This document shows, piece by piece, positions 39,800-50,400 of a DNA stretch of 64,000 bases; the stretch's first letter is position 1; each line of letters starts with the position of its first letter. The stretch comes from Saccostrea cucullata. Its lineage: Eukaryota. Both the position numbers and the translations under genes were made by a program. A model generated the notes under the pieces. That model was not told where the DNA came from, searched no databases, and worked only from the letters and a program-made list of their open reading frames with translations. The DNA is taken from contig NW_026923547.1 of the NCBI RefSeq assembly GCF_032062105.1, positions 124,001 to 188,000 of the forward strand, written 5' to 3'.

Positions 39800-42700
39800 C
39801 TGAAAAACCCAGTCATGAAAATAGGCCAAAACAAGACACGAAAGCTCGTTTGTACAGTATTTCAAAAAGTTGTTGGTTTGTCAAAGCAAAACTTTGTAAT
39901 AAAGAAATTTATTTTCTTGTTGATATGGGGTCCAGTTGGAGTCTAATATCAAATGAAATTTTTGATTCATTGATTGGAAACAAAGATCTAGTTGATCTTC
40001 ACACTACATTGACTACGGCCGATGGGGATTTGCTCTCAGTGAAGGGTAAAACCGATGTAGACTTATGGATTAATGGGAAGGAATTTTTGACAACTGTTGT
40101 TGTTGCTCAACTTGGAGATTTGTCCGGTATACTCGGACTTGATTTTCTTTCAAAATATGAGGCTATAATGGACATGAACCTAGGACGACTACATTCACCA
40201 TTCTTTGGTGAGATCGGTTTAGTAAAAGAGGACAAATTACAAAGTACATGCGCACGCATTTATGTGACAGAGACAATTAGCATACCAGCTAAATGCGAGA
40301 TGTTTTTGAAAGGAAACACGGACTGTGGATTTCCACATGGTGTGGAAGGATTGATAGAACCACTTTCCGATGATAAACGAATTTTGTTACCAAAATCTGT
40401 TGTTAATGTACACAAAAAACAAAGTGTTTTCTCTGTCTTAAATCCGACAACAAAGACAGTGATACTTAAGAAAAATGCTACCGTGGCGTCCGTACAAACA
40501 ATTGAATCTGTAACTGAATTTGACAGCAAAAAAGTCACAGAAAGCCCTCCAGTGGAGACAAGCTTACCAAGCTTACCCGACTATTTGCAGTCCCTGGTCG
40601 ACAATAGCTCGAGTAGCTTAACTGAACAGCAACGCCAGCTGTTAAGCGACACATTAGCACGTAATGCTGACGTTTTTATGGGACCAAATACCCCATTAGG
40701 GCGTACAGATCTTGTGAAACACACAATAAATACTGACAGCGCTAAGCCAATCAAGTTACCACCAAGGCGTCTCCCTATGCACCAAAAAGCCGTAGCAGAT
40801 CAAGAAATAGACAAAATGCTTGAAGCTGATATAATAGAACCAAGCAGTTCACCTTGGGCTGCGCCAATAGTTCTAGTGAAGAAACGGGATGGAACTACAC
40901 AATTCTGTGTAGATTATCGAAAGCTAAATAACGTAACGATTAAGGATGCCTATCCCCTGCCACGAATCAATGAATCACTAGACACACTCTCCGGTGCTAA
41001 ATTCTTCTGTACTCTCGATCTTGCTAGTGGCTATTGGCAAGTCGCTATGGACGAATCTGATAAAACAAAGACAGCGTTCGCAACCCACAGGGGTCTATTT
41101 CAGTTTAAAGTGTTACCGTTTGGTTTATCTAATAGCCCTGCGACATTTGAACGCTTAATGGAAGCCGTTCTATCTGGCCTACAATGGGAGAAATGTCTAG
41201 TTTATCTAGACGACATCATAACATTTGGTGCCACATTCGAAGAAACTCTGGAGAACCTGACTGTCATCTTTGACAGACTTCGTACAGCGAATCTTAAACT
41301 AAAACCGAAGAAATGCGCCTTGTTTCAAGAACAAGTAGAATTTCTGGGTCATACTGTATCCCAAGAAGGTATTAGATGTAACCCCGACAAGATATCAGCT
41401 GTAAGGAATTGGCCCGTACCAACTTCCGTTTCAGAAGTACGCAGCTTTATAGGACTCGCATCCTATTATCGCAGGTTTATAAACAATTTTTCGAATGTCG
41501 CATACCCGCTAACCCGCTTGACACAAAAGAACAGAAAGTTTGAATGGTCAGAGGAATGTGAAAATGCTTTTGATACCTTAAAGCATCTCCTTACAACTGC
41601 ACCAGTATTATCGTACCCATCACCAACAGACGAATTTATATTGGATACTGATGCTAGCGCATATGGAGTCGGAGCTGTGCTCTCACAGATGCAAAATGGC
41701 GAGGAAGTAGTAATTGCTTATGGTAGCAAGACACTATCCAGATCCCAAATGGGATATTGCACTACATATCGAGAGCTACTAGCAGTCGTAACCTTTGTCA
41801 AACAATTCCGACACTATCTATATGGAAGACCCTTTTTATTAAGAACAGACCATTCTTCGTTGATCTGGTTGAAGAATTTTAAGGAGCCAGAAGGTTTACT
41901 TGCACGCTGGATATCTCTCTTGGAAACCTATGACTTCAAAATTGAACACAGAAAAGGAAGTCTTCATGGCAATGCAGATGGCTTGTCTAGGAAACCAAGG
42001 AAACGTTGCAAAAGAGAAGGATGCAACCAATGTTCATCCGGAGAATGCTCAGTCAATGCTTTGAGCTCAGCAGCTACTCAAGATTCAGACATTACCAAGA
42101 CTAACAGACCTGAATCCAATTGGGTAGAACAATGGAGTCCTCAGTACTTACAAGAACAACAGGACAAAGACATGGCAATAACAAAGGTTAAGCAACTTAT
42201 CATTCATCACAAAGAACGACCGAAATTAAATGATCCTTTGCCAACAGTTAACACCTTGCTTCGCCAGTGGCAGCGACTCAAAGTGGAAAACGATATACTC
42301 TACAGAGTATGGGAAGAAAATGAAAACGAAAGTCATCTCCAGTTAGTTGCCCCAAAGTCTATTAGGAGAGAAATTATGCAACATTTGCATAACAGTAAGA
42401 CGTCGGGACATCTTGGACGCGAGAGAACTCTGCATTCTATCAGAAATCGTTTTTATTGGCCGGGAATGACTGATGATGTTGCCCGCTGGTGTCAAACTTG
42501 TCAACCTTGTTCAAAGAAAAAGCCAGGCCCTGGACAAGGAAAGTCCCCAATGCAACACCTTGAAGTATTTGGTCCTATGGAATGTATTGCCATCGACATC
42601 TTAGGTCCCTTACCATTAACTAGAGAAGGAAAACAATACATTATGGTTGTTGGAGATTATTTTTCCAAATGGAAAGAGGCATTTGCATTGGAGGATCATA

Positions 42701-43635
42701 CAGCACAGACGGTTGCAGATAAACTTGTAACGGAAGTAATATGCCGCTTAGGCATACCATTTAGAATTCATACCGACCAAGGCCGTGAATTCGAATCGGC
42801 ACTGTTTGCTGAGTTGTGTTCTCTCTTGGAGATAATAAAATCTCGTACCACGCCATACCACCCTCAATCCGACGGTATGGTAGAGAGATTCAACCGCACA
42901 CTCCAGCAAATGTTATCCATCTTTGTCAATGAGAACAGATCTAATTGGGATGACCACTTGCCATATTTGATGATGGCCTACCGTGCCACGGTTCACGAGA
43001 GTACAAAATGTACTCCCAATCTGGTCATGTTAGGGAGAGAAATCAATCTGCCCATAGATGTTATAGCTGGTACAACTCCTACAAATACACCAGAGATTGG
43101 CTGCTATCATTCTTACGTAGAATGGATTCGCAATACCATGGAAATGACATATGGAATTGTTCATGAAAACTTGCGATCAAGTTTTAAGAAACAAAAACGA
43201 TACCATGATGTTAGACTGAAGCCACGGGAGTTTGCAATAGACGATCTAGTATGGAGATGGTACCCACCAAAAGCAAACCAAAAATTAGGATCCGGTTGGA
43301 CAGGACCCTACAGGGTTGTTTGGAAATTCTCAGACATAACCTATGAGATAAAACATGAAACAACAGGAAAAACAGTTGTGGTCCATGTTGATCACCTGAA
43401 GCAACTGCACGGTGACGGAATTGCAGAGAATCAATATGATTCTGACAATGACCAAGACGAATCTTGTCTGTACGATGAAAATTCAGATTCCGAATATGTT
43501 ACTATGAGCGATCAGGAGGAAATTGAGCCTTTGGCTTACAAATCGCCAGATCTGGATGCGGTTCAATCGAGACGCGCTGATGCTTTCTCGCGGAAAGGAA
43601 GGCTCATAAAACCCGTTTCTCGATATTCTCCTTAG
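39757..43635 (+). CDS. pol: Pol polyprotein (protease, RT, RNase H, integrase), expressed as a Gag-Pol fusion
   Basis: Uninterrupted ORF: PR FLVDMGS / ILGLDFL, RT LDLASGYWQV, LPFGL, YLDD, RNase H DTDAS / RELLAVV / TDH / NADGLSR, integrase HHCC, DDE core and GPY motif. Confidence 0.96.
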   Translation, partial: FKRKWAEPTAVSPAPEKPSHENRPKQDTKARLYSISKSCWFVKAKLCNKEIYFLVDMGSSWSLISNEIFDSLIGNKDLVDLHTTLTTADGDLLSVKGKTDVDLWINGKEFLTTVVVAQLGDLSGILGLDFLSKYEAIMDMNLGRLHSPFFGEIGLVKEDKLQSTCARIYVTETISIPAKCEMFLKGNTDCGFPHGVEGLIEPLSDDKRILLPKSVVNVHKKQSVFSVLNPTTKTVILKKNATVASVQTIESVTEFDSKKVTESPPVETSLPSLPDYLQSLVDNSSSSLTEQQRQLLSDTLARNADVFMGPNTPLGRTDLVKHTINTDSAKPIKLPPRRLPMHQKAVADQEIDKMLEADIIEPSSSPWAAPIVLVKKRDGTTQFCVDYRKLNNVTIKDAYPLPRINESLDTLSGAKFFCTLDLASGYWQVAMDESDKTKTAFATHRGLFQFKVLPFGLSNSPATFERLMEAVLSGLQWEKCLVYLDDIITFGATFEETLENLTVIFDRLRTANLKLKPKKCALFQEQVEFLGHTVSQEGIRCNPDKISAVRNWPVPTSVSEVRSFIGLASYYRRFINNFSNVAYPLTRLTQKNRKFEWSEECENAFDTLKHLLTTAPVLSYPSPTDEFILDTDASAYGVGAVLSQMQNGEEVVIAYGSKTLSRSQMGYCTTYRELLAVVTFVKQFRHYLYGRPFLLRTDHSSLIWLKNFKEPEGLLARWISLLETYDFKIEHRKGSLHGNADGLSRKPRKRCKREGCNQCSSGECSVNALSSAATQDSDITKTNRPESNWVEQWSPQYLQEQQDKDMAITKVKQLIIHHKERPKLNDPLPTVNTLLRQWQRLKVENDILYRVWEENENESHLQLVAPKSIRREIMQHLHNSKTSGHLGRERTLHSIRNRFYWPGMTDDVARWCQTCQPCSKKKPGPGQGKSPMQHLEVFGPMECIAIDILGPLPLTREGKQYIMVVGDYFSKWKEAFALEDHTAQTVADKLVTEVICRLGIPFRIHTDQGREFESALFAELCSLLEIIKSRTTPYHPQSDGMVERFNRTLQQMLSIFVNENRSNWDDHLPYLMMAYRATVHESTKCTPNLVMLGREINLPIDVIAGTTPTNTPEIGCYHSYVEWIRNTMEMTYGIVHENLRSSFKKQKRYHDVRLKPREFAIDDLVWRWYPPKANQKLGSGWTGPYRVVWKFSDITYEIKHETTGKTVVVHVDHLKQLHGDGIAENQYDSDNDQDESCLYDENSDSEYVTMSDQEEIEPLAYKSPDLDAVQSRRADAFSRKGRLIKPVSRYSP

Positions 43636-43955
43636 AAAAATAAATAAGATAAATATATTTCTTGGGGGTGGTGTTTATGTTATTTGTTTGTTTTAATGAA
43701 GTATAATCCTATGGAAGACCCAATTTTATGTCTGTTGAGGACATGATGACATGTAGTACATGGTATAAATTCCTACGGTTGGAATTGGGTAGATTTGTTT
43801 TGTATACACCATGGGTTTAGCTTTCGGTGTCTTATCTACCAGGTGTTATTTCCCATGAGAGAATAGTGATTCTCTGAGTGATGGGATGTGTACTTGTTGT
43901 GTCGGAGAAATGACAGTTGTCATTGTTGTATAATTGGGTGGGGATAGGTTATACA

Positions 43956-45448
43956 CCCATGGAAAAGTGAACTGCCTATATAGGCAGTTACTAGGCAGTT
44001 CTTTAGCAGTTTTACTAATTTTTAGCAGTTTTCAAACAGTTTCATGCAGTTTGATTTTTACTGCTCCCTAGTAACTGCTAGGACCTTGGGAGTAAACAGT
44101 TTTCCTTAGCAGTTTTTAAGCAGTAATCAGTGTCCCTAACAGTTATATCTTAGCTGCATATGCTTGAGGACAAGACAGTTTTCCTAAACAGTTTTGTAAG
44201 CAGTATATAAGCAGTTTCCTTGTATAATTTGATTGGGTTCAAGAGAAATTTAAGCTCAATGTTCCAACAAATATAACAAAAAGCCAACAACTGACCGCCA
44301 AAATTGAATTCTGGGTGCCAATTTGTATAGTTGGACAAAGGCTATATAAACCAATGAAGAGGGAGCCTGCTGGCCATAAGCTGCATTTAGATTTAATGAA
44401 GAAATGATGTAGTCATTTAACAATTGGTAAGTAATTACTACAATATATATGTGGCCTTTAATAAAGAGATAAATTGAATACATATGTTCTGTTCTAATTT
44501 TTTGTTTGAATTAAGGACATATATTAATAATTGCAATCTGTTTCATGATTAATTCCTTTCCATTTACAGACTTTTAGAAGAGGAGTGGGACAATATTCTC
44601 GTTGGCATACACAAATTTTTGTGTCTCTTTCTACTGAGATCAATGGATGATCTATAAACCTAGCTGAGCAATAAATTATTATGATTACCAAAAGAGTGCC
44701 AATTGAAATACTTTTGTGGTTTACATAAGGATAGAAAAACCAAACAATGTACTGGCCTTTAGTGCAATAGGACTTCTGTATAATCAGGACTTAATGCGGG
44801 ATGAAGTGGATATATATTTATTGCTGTTACTTAATTTTGACATTTTAATCATACCTTCAGTGTTGAATCTTGTTGAGCATCATATGCCCTGGGATATATA
44901 AGTTTTCTAAAAAGTCAGTGAGTATAACTGCATGGTTGTTTGTGTTAATAAGATACATGTAAAATTACAGATGCATAAAACAGTACTAGTGTTTAATTTT
45001 TTTTTAAACATTCATCATAGCAAATTCTGATTGCTTGATTGTGTAGTTAATCAATTGTACAAAATACAATAAATTAAAATGTAACAATTGATCTATTATT
45101 GTCATGTATTACAATTTTGATACGAGAAAACCTCTTCGTGACTCATTAATATTTATGTGATAAAAGGGAAATAGATAAGCAGTATACTGTAAGTCCACAA
45201 GCAGTTAGCAAAAACTGCTAAAGTAACTGCCTATGAACTGCTTAAGTAACTGTCTATGAACTGCTAAGAAACTGCCTATGAACTGCAAAGAAACTGGTAA
45301 GGCTAAGAAAACTGCTTATAAATTGCAAAAGGTTTGTTCATCCATCAGCAATCTGGGGAAGGTTAAGTAACTGCTCTAGGACTGCTTAAATGTTTAAACT
45401 GTTAAGGCTAAGAAACTGCTTAATAACTGCCTTCCACTTTGCCATGGG
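43956..45448. mobile_element. Non-autonomous EnSpm/CACTA (CMC)-type DNA transposon nested in the Gypsy element
   Basis: TIRs CCCATGGAAAAGTG / CACTTTGCCATGGG, 2-bp TSD CA, many GCAGTT subterminal repeats at the left end mirrored by AACTGC repeats at the right end; no long ORF. Confidence 0.8.
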
Positions 45449-45585
45449 CAGTTTATTTATTTTCCTTTCCAACTCTTTGCTGTTATAATGCAAGGTTTAT
45501 TAGTAAAAAGAAAATCTTCATACAGTTCTTTAATGGTAAGCAAATTCTATTTCAGGCTACAGATTTTCTTGAATTATTCGCGGAC

Positions 45586-46443
45586 ATGAGTGAAGTCAAT
45601 GCTGTCCTTGGACAGTGCCAGACCGACTTTATTGAAATCCTCTACGATCCGTCAGGAATGGTCTGCCCCGTGCTTGGATGTAAAGGGACAAAGTTTCCCT
45701 CCAAATCAAAATTCTCCCGACACTGGGAGGAGAGACACAAACTGTATGTCACCAAATTTATATGTTCCGTTAATGGGTGTAGCGCGGAGTGTAGGCGGAA
45801 ATCAGACATGAGGACCCACATTCGCCGAGCACATGAGAGCAATCAGGACAGAGTGGAATTCATACTCACTAAGTGTGATGTGATCCAGAGGGAGAACAAG
45901 GGTTATTTAGACCCAGGTCTATATATATTTAAAGGAGGATGCCTGAGAGAAACTACTGACCCAGTAGTGACCCAGGAACAGGAGGAGTCCACTACAGATG
46001 ATGGAATAACGCCGGTGGATGTGGAGAGTAGATGTTCTACTCAGACTGAGCCCACTGCACCAACAACCGACCTCAAGGAAGAAGAGCTGGAGACCAGCAG
46101 CAAGAAGAGAAGGCTTACTCTACAGGAGTACAGAGACAGGGAGGTCCCAGATCACCGGTCTACAGGGACCCAAACAACGTGGGTGAACCTACCCAGCCTC
46201 GACCTACCAAACCTCCCAGAGGCAGGCAATTCAGAGGAACTGCAGTCGTGCCTCATGTGGCTGTGCAACAGCATGGACGTAGTAGGACGAGCGAGAGCAT
46301 TGGTGAAAAAGAGGATAGAGGACGGTGAGCGAACGGAACTGGAGCGAGAGAGGGAAATGAGGCGTCAACTGGAGAAGAAGAACCGGGAATTAGAGGGCGA
46401 GATCAGGAAGTTGCGAGCGATGGACACACTGTTTGAGGAGTGA
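45586..46443 (+). CDS. Retrotransposon ORF3: 285-aa protein with two C2H2-type zinc fingers, acidic region, basic NLS-like motif and C-terminal coiled coil
   Basis: Intact ORF between pol and the PPT; CPVLGC-x13-HWEERH and CSVNGC-x12-HIRRAH; KKRRLTLQEYR; heptad-like ELEREREMRRQLEKKNRELEGEIRKL; acceptor TTCTATTTCAG ending at 45555. Confidence 0.8.
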   Translation: MSEVNAVLGQCQTDFIEILYDPSGMVCPVLGCKGTKFPSKSKFSRHWEERHKLYVTKFICSVNGCSAECRRKSDMRTHIRRAHESNQDRVEFILTKCDVIQRENKGYLDPGLYIFKGGCLRETTDPVVTQEQEESTTDDGITPVDVESRCSTQTEPTAPTTDLKEEELETSSKKRRLTLQEYRDREVPDHRSTGTQTTWVNLPSLDLPNLPEAGNSEELQSCLMWLCNSMDVVGRARALVKKRIEDGERTELEREREMRRQLEKKNRELEGEIRKLRAMDTLFEE

Positions 46444-46704
46444 ATGCGACCAATTGTGATTAACTGTGTAAATATGTGAAAGTTGTGGAATTGTTTATTT
46501 ATTGTTTAAAAAGTGTGTTTATTACCGTACATGTAATTGATTGAATGTCTGCTATCTTAAAGTTTCTGAATGTTGATACATGTGTATTCTAATTTTATAA
46601 TAATTGAATTTTAATGTATGTTACTTTGAAGTAATACTTGTATTTATTAGATATACATGTGATTTTATTTGGACTAATGTGTATTTTCATCCACATTAGA
46701 TCTT

Positions 46705-46717
46705 AAGGAAGGGGGAG
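46705..46717 (+). promoter_or_regulatory. Polypurine tract
   Basis: AAGGAAGGGGGAG immediately before the 3' LTR TG. Confidence 0.9.
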
Positions 46718-47183
46718 TGTGGTGGTTTTTACATGTATTTAATTAAAATTGTATGTAATTACAGTGTATTTATGTATATGTGCCTTATTTTATTCATATT
46801 TCCCTCTATTTGTCATTACTTGTTGTTTAGAGTTATTCCCCTTTGTTTATAACCCGTTCGGGTTGGGCGCGCCCGGGTCTATAGTACCCGGCCGGGGTTT
46901 ACTATTATTATATGCTATGTATATTGTGTAATCAGAAGAGTCTACATTATCATTAATTACTGATCAGACGTATTTTTGGGGACTGGGGCTAAATTTCTAC
47001 AATGGTAATTATTGCATTCTTGGATTTTATATGATATTGTTTCATATCTTTTACGTTTGTTTGTAAATTGTAAATATTGCAACAGAATATAGTAATTCTT
47101 TAAACACTGAAATTCTTGTTATTCTTTTATCCTTTGAACTCGGACTATATGTACGGGACTAACCCCTAGACAGTCCCGTTACA
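46718..47183 (+). repeat. 3' LTR (466 bp)
   Basis: Direct repeat of 37767-38235. Confidence 0.95.
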
Positions 47184-47422
47184 ATATAAATCTGTATATT
47201 ACCTATAACCAGATAAAATTTCAAGGAGATATCGAGTTTTGTTAGTTTTCAATTGGTAATTATTTTTGACTGCAAAATAACATTACAAAAAAGGCCAGAA
47301 AAGATCAGCATTTAAAGTCCGCTCAGCATATCCTATTTGGAAAAATTCATGTTTTAACAATCTTTCCTTTTTTTCAATTATTGTTCTAGACCTGAGGTAA
47401 AGTGAAGAAATATTTGTAGAGG

Positions 47423-50400
47423 ATGGAGGGTAGTACAAGGGACCGATTTAAATCCCTGCCAGATGGAGAGGTCCTTCCTCCATATTTCCTCACCCCACAA
47501 TCTGCCCCAGGAGGAATTCATCTTAAGAAAGTTGTCTTTCTTGGATATACTGACATGGCTGCAGCTGGAAGGTTTTTCTTGGACAAATTTCAAGAATTTT
47601 AGTTCACTCTTTATCTGAGTTATATATTTTGCTTTTTAACTTTTTAGCTTTGAATGAAGATTTTCAAATAACTTAAAACCTCTACAATGCTTACTAAAAT
47701 CAGTCTTTGAAAACAGCATCAAGAGTTATGCCCCTTTATACATTGGGATTACTTTGTTCATGGGAACTTGATCGAAAAGGTTTTACTGACTTTTATTAAT
47801 ACTACTGTAGATTCCTTATTTTTTGTGATTACTTATTATCGCGAATGGGCTCATCAACGTCAAATCTCAAAAGTAATAATTAGCGAATGAATAATTGGTC
47901 AAGAGATTTTACATAGATTTCAGCACCATAAAAATGAAGGCGAGTAATTTTATTTCGTGTGTGGTGCATAGTGTGGTGTGCTGAAATAACACGATAATTA
48001 ATTCCACATGTATATTTAGTAATCTACAGTATCAAGTGGAGCCATATCTTTAGGGGGGAAAAAATTCATCAAATCACCTTGCTCCCTCCCCCTCCAAAAT
48101 CAATCTAAAAGACATGCATACAACAGACATTTTTAATGGAGATGTGCAATGGTAATGGATTCTAAAAGGTAATAGCTTTACAAATATAGTCTCTTTAGCC
48201 TAATTCGTCCTGTTGCTTTGGTTTCCCGTCAAGTTGTCCTAATAAATGAAGCATCGATCTGATATCTGAAATCTATTATAAAGCCTAATTGATTGATCAG
48301 TCTGGAGCTATGAACCAAAATACAATGTAATAATGCATTTTGTGGTTTAAAAAAAAGGCTTTATGGATAGGTAACACAGAATTCTGGATAAATTGATTAA
48401 ATGAGCCAAAATAATGCTTAAAAACTGTTCCCAACAAAAAAAAAACATCTGGAAGGTGAAGCATCTGGATATCTGAAGGTCGAATGTATAATATGTACTA
48501 TATTCTATTTGCTAGCACTAAGCCCTAAAATTTTGCCACTTGTCGTACTTTTTGGCAGTCGAGCATTATTTGGTCTGAGTATGGGTAAGGAGTATGAGAC
48601 AGTAAAGATCCATGGACTGGAATCCGTGGAAATTGTGTGTAGGAGGGCGGAGCCTGAGGGGGCCACAGAGAGGAAGTTAGAGGCTATCCAAATCCTCCAC
48701 TGTAAATATGAAGAGGTAATGAGGAAGGTGTGGGATTATGTGCAGAAAATATATGATACTTAAATCAAAATATTTGGCACTAATGAAAATATGTCACACT
48801 AATTTAAATGAGGAATGTTGACAAACCTGCTCAGGGGAAAAAAAATACATGTAGCAATATTCTTTTCTATGGTAGAATTTCAAAACTGCTGGAATGGACT
48901 TCTGTTGCATTTGTTAACCTAGTCACTAATGAAATGCACAAATACAAACATATTAATTAGAATAAACCATTGAGACAGTAATAATTTTACCTTCATGAAC
49001 AGAATTGAAATGAGATTATTAAATATTAGCTCACCTCGACGAAGTCGAGATGAGCTTATATGCTATACCCCTGTTAAAGTCGAAGCCATACTTTAACCAA
49101 ATAAGTATTGGTGTATCTACTGATGGAAACTTCCAGACTAGCTTAAGTCCTAATAGAACCAAAATTGCATGGCTATTGATCTCTGGATGCACTCACTTAC
49201 TAAAAAAAAAATTGCCTTGCTAATAGACAACATTCATCAAAGCTGAGCTTTGTAATCTTTGATTTCCTATGTTTATATGTTATGTAATATAGTCATCTGT
49301 CCACAAGTTGTCTTAAAAAGTTGTGAACAGATTTTGATAAAATCTGAGGAAACAGTTTCCTTCTTGGAATGATCAAGATTCCAAGGCTAAAGATATTATA
49401 AATGTATTTTTTTTTTTCCATTTTTCCTATCTTCAACAAATGTAGGAATATATCTCAAAAAGTTATCAATGACAATTAATTTGGAGGAAAAAACCAAGGG
49501 TTTTTAAAACTCTACATTTGGGAAACCTATAGTACTTACAGTAACATATAAAGGGATATAACTTTATGAACTGAGAAGTTAACACTTTCCGACTGCCTTT
49601 AACAGTTTTTTTAAGAGGATTAGAATATCAATGTTTTTAAAACCAATAATGTGACCAAACACTTAAATGTCCCACACTGCTTTTGCATTTCTATTACAAA
49701 GACTGGTATATATTCCATTAAATAATAAAGAGTGAATTTTAATGGATAAGTTGAAGTACACTTACTTGCAGTATGCAATCTGTTGTTTGTGTTGTGTTCT
49801 AAATGTTGTCTTTGTAGTGCAGATGAGCCCAGCACACGTTTGGTGTGATCCTTTGGTGTCACCTCAATGCATTCCTATACATTCATGTCAACTAACAAAC
49901 TCTTATATTTCACACAAGTATGAGAGGTAAGAATCACCTTTATCTTTCAGTGTCAATCTCAAAGTGTACTCATATTTTCCAGTGAATTTTGTGAGGTAAA
50001 ATATTTATTGTTGATGATTTGTTATTCATAAAATTATGTTAGATCAACTCAAAATTTAAATTAGGTATTTTCTAATCATTTTATTTTCACTTGTAACAAC
50101 CCTACAGATATTATTGATTACATTGATAAAAACTAAAGAAGTTAACTCATAAATATTAAATACATATATGTATTCCAATGTGTGTTATCTGTTTTTACAG
50201 TTCACTTTGCTGGTTTTCAACTGTTTGATCCCTGCCTCTGTTTGCCATCACGTAGCAGACAAGATTCTAAGTCTCTGTGTAGAAAGGTCTGTATAGCACA
50301 TTTATCACCCCTTATATTATATGTTCTGATACAATGCACTTTGATGGTATGTGTATAATTTTAATGTCACCCTTGTAGTAATGTGAAAAAGTTGGTAATT

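Larger units (their letters stand above)
37767..47183 (+). mobile_element. Full-length Ty3/Gypsy LTR retrotransposon with an extra ORF
   Basis: TG...CA LTRs at 37767-38235 and 46718-47183, PBS, gag, PR-RT-RH-IN pol order, third ORF, PPT; flanks ATAG / ATAT (imperfect TSD). Confidence 0.97.

Noticed and set aside
43636-43955. Small fusogen-like ORF after pol
   Set aside because: Only ORFs of about 30 aa or less, with no convincing TM segment plus polybasic tail.
45439-46443. ORF3 as an env gene, or a 334-aa protein starting at 45439
   Set aside because: No signal peptide, fusion peptide or TM anchor; the TTG start lies inside the nested transposon's TIR; the first ATG is at 45586.
48509-48763. 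84-aa ORF in an intron of the PAC-like gene
   Set aside because: No recognisable domain or compatible splice phase; looks like a repeat remnant.
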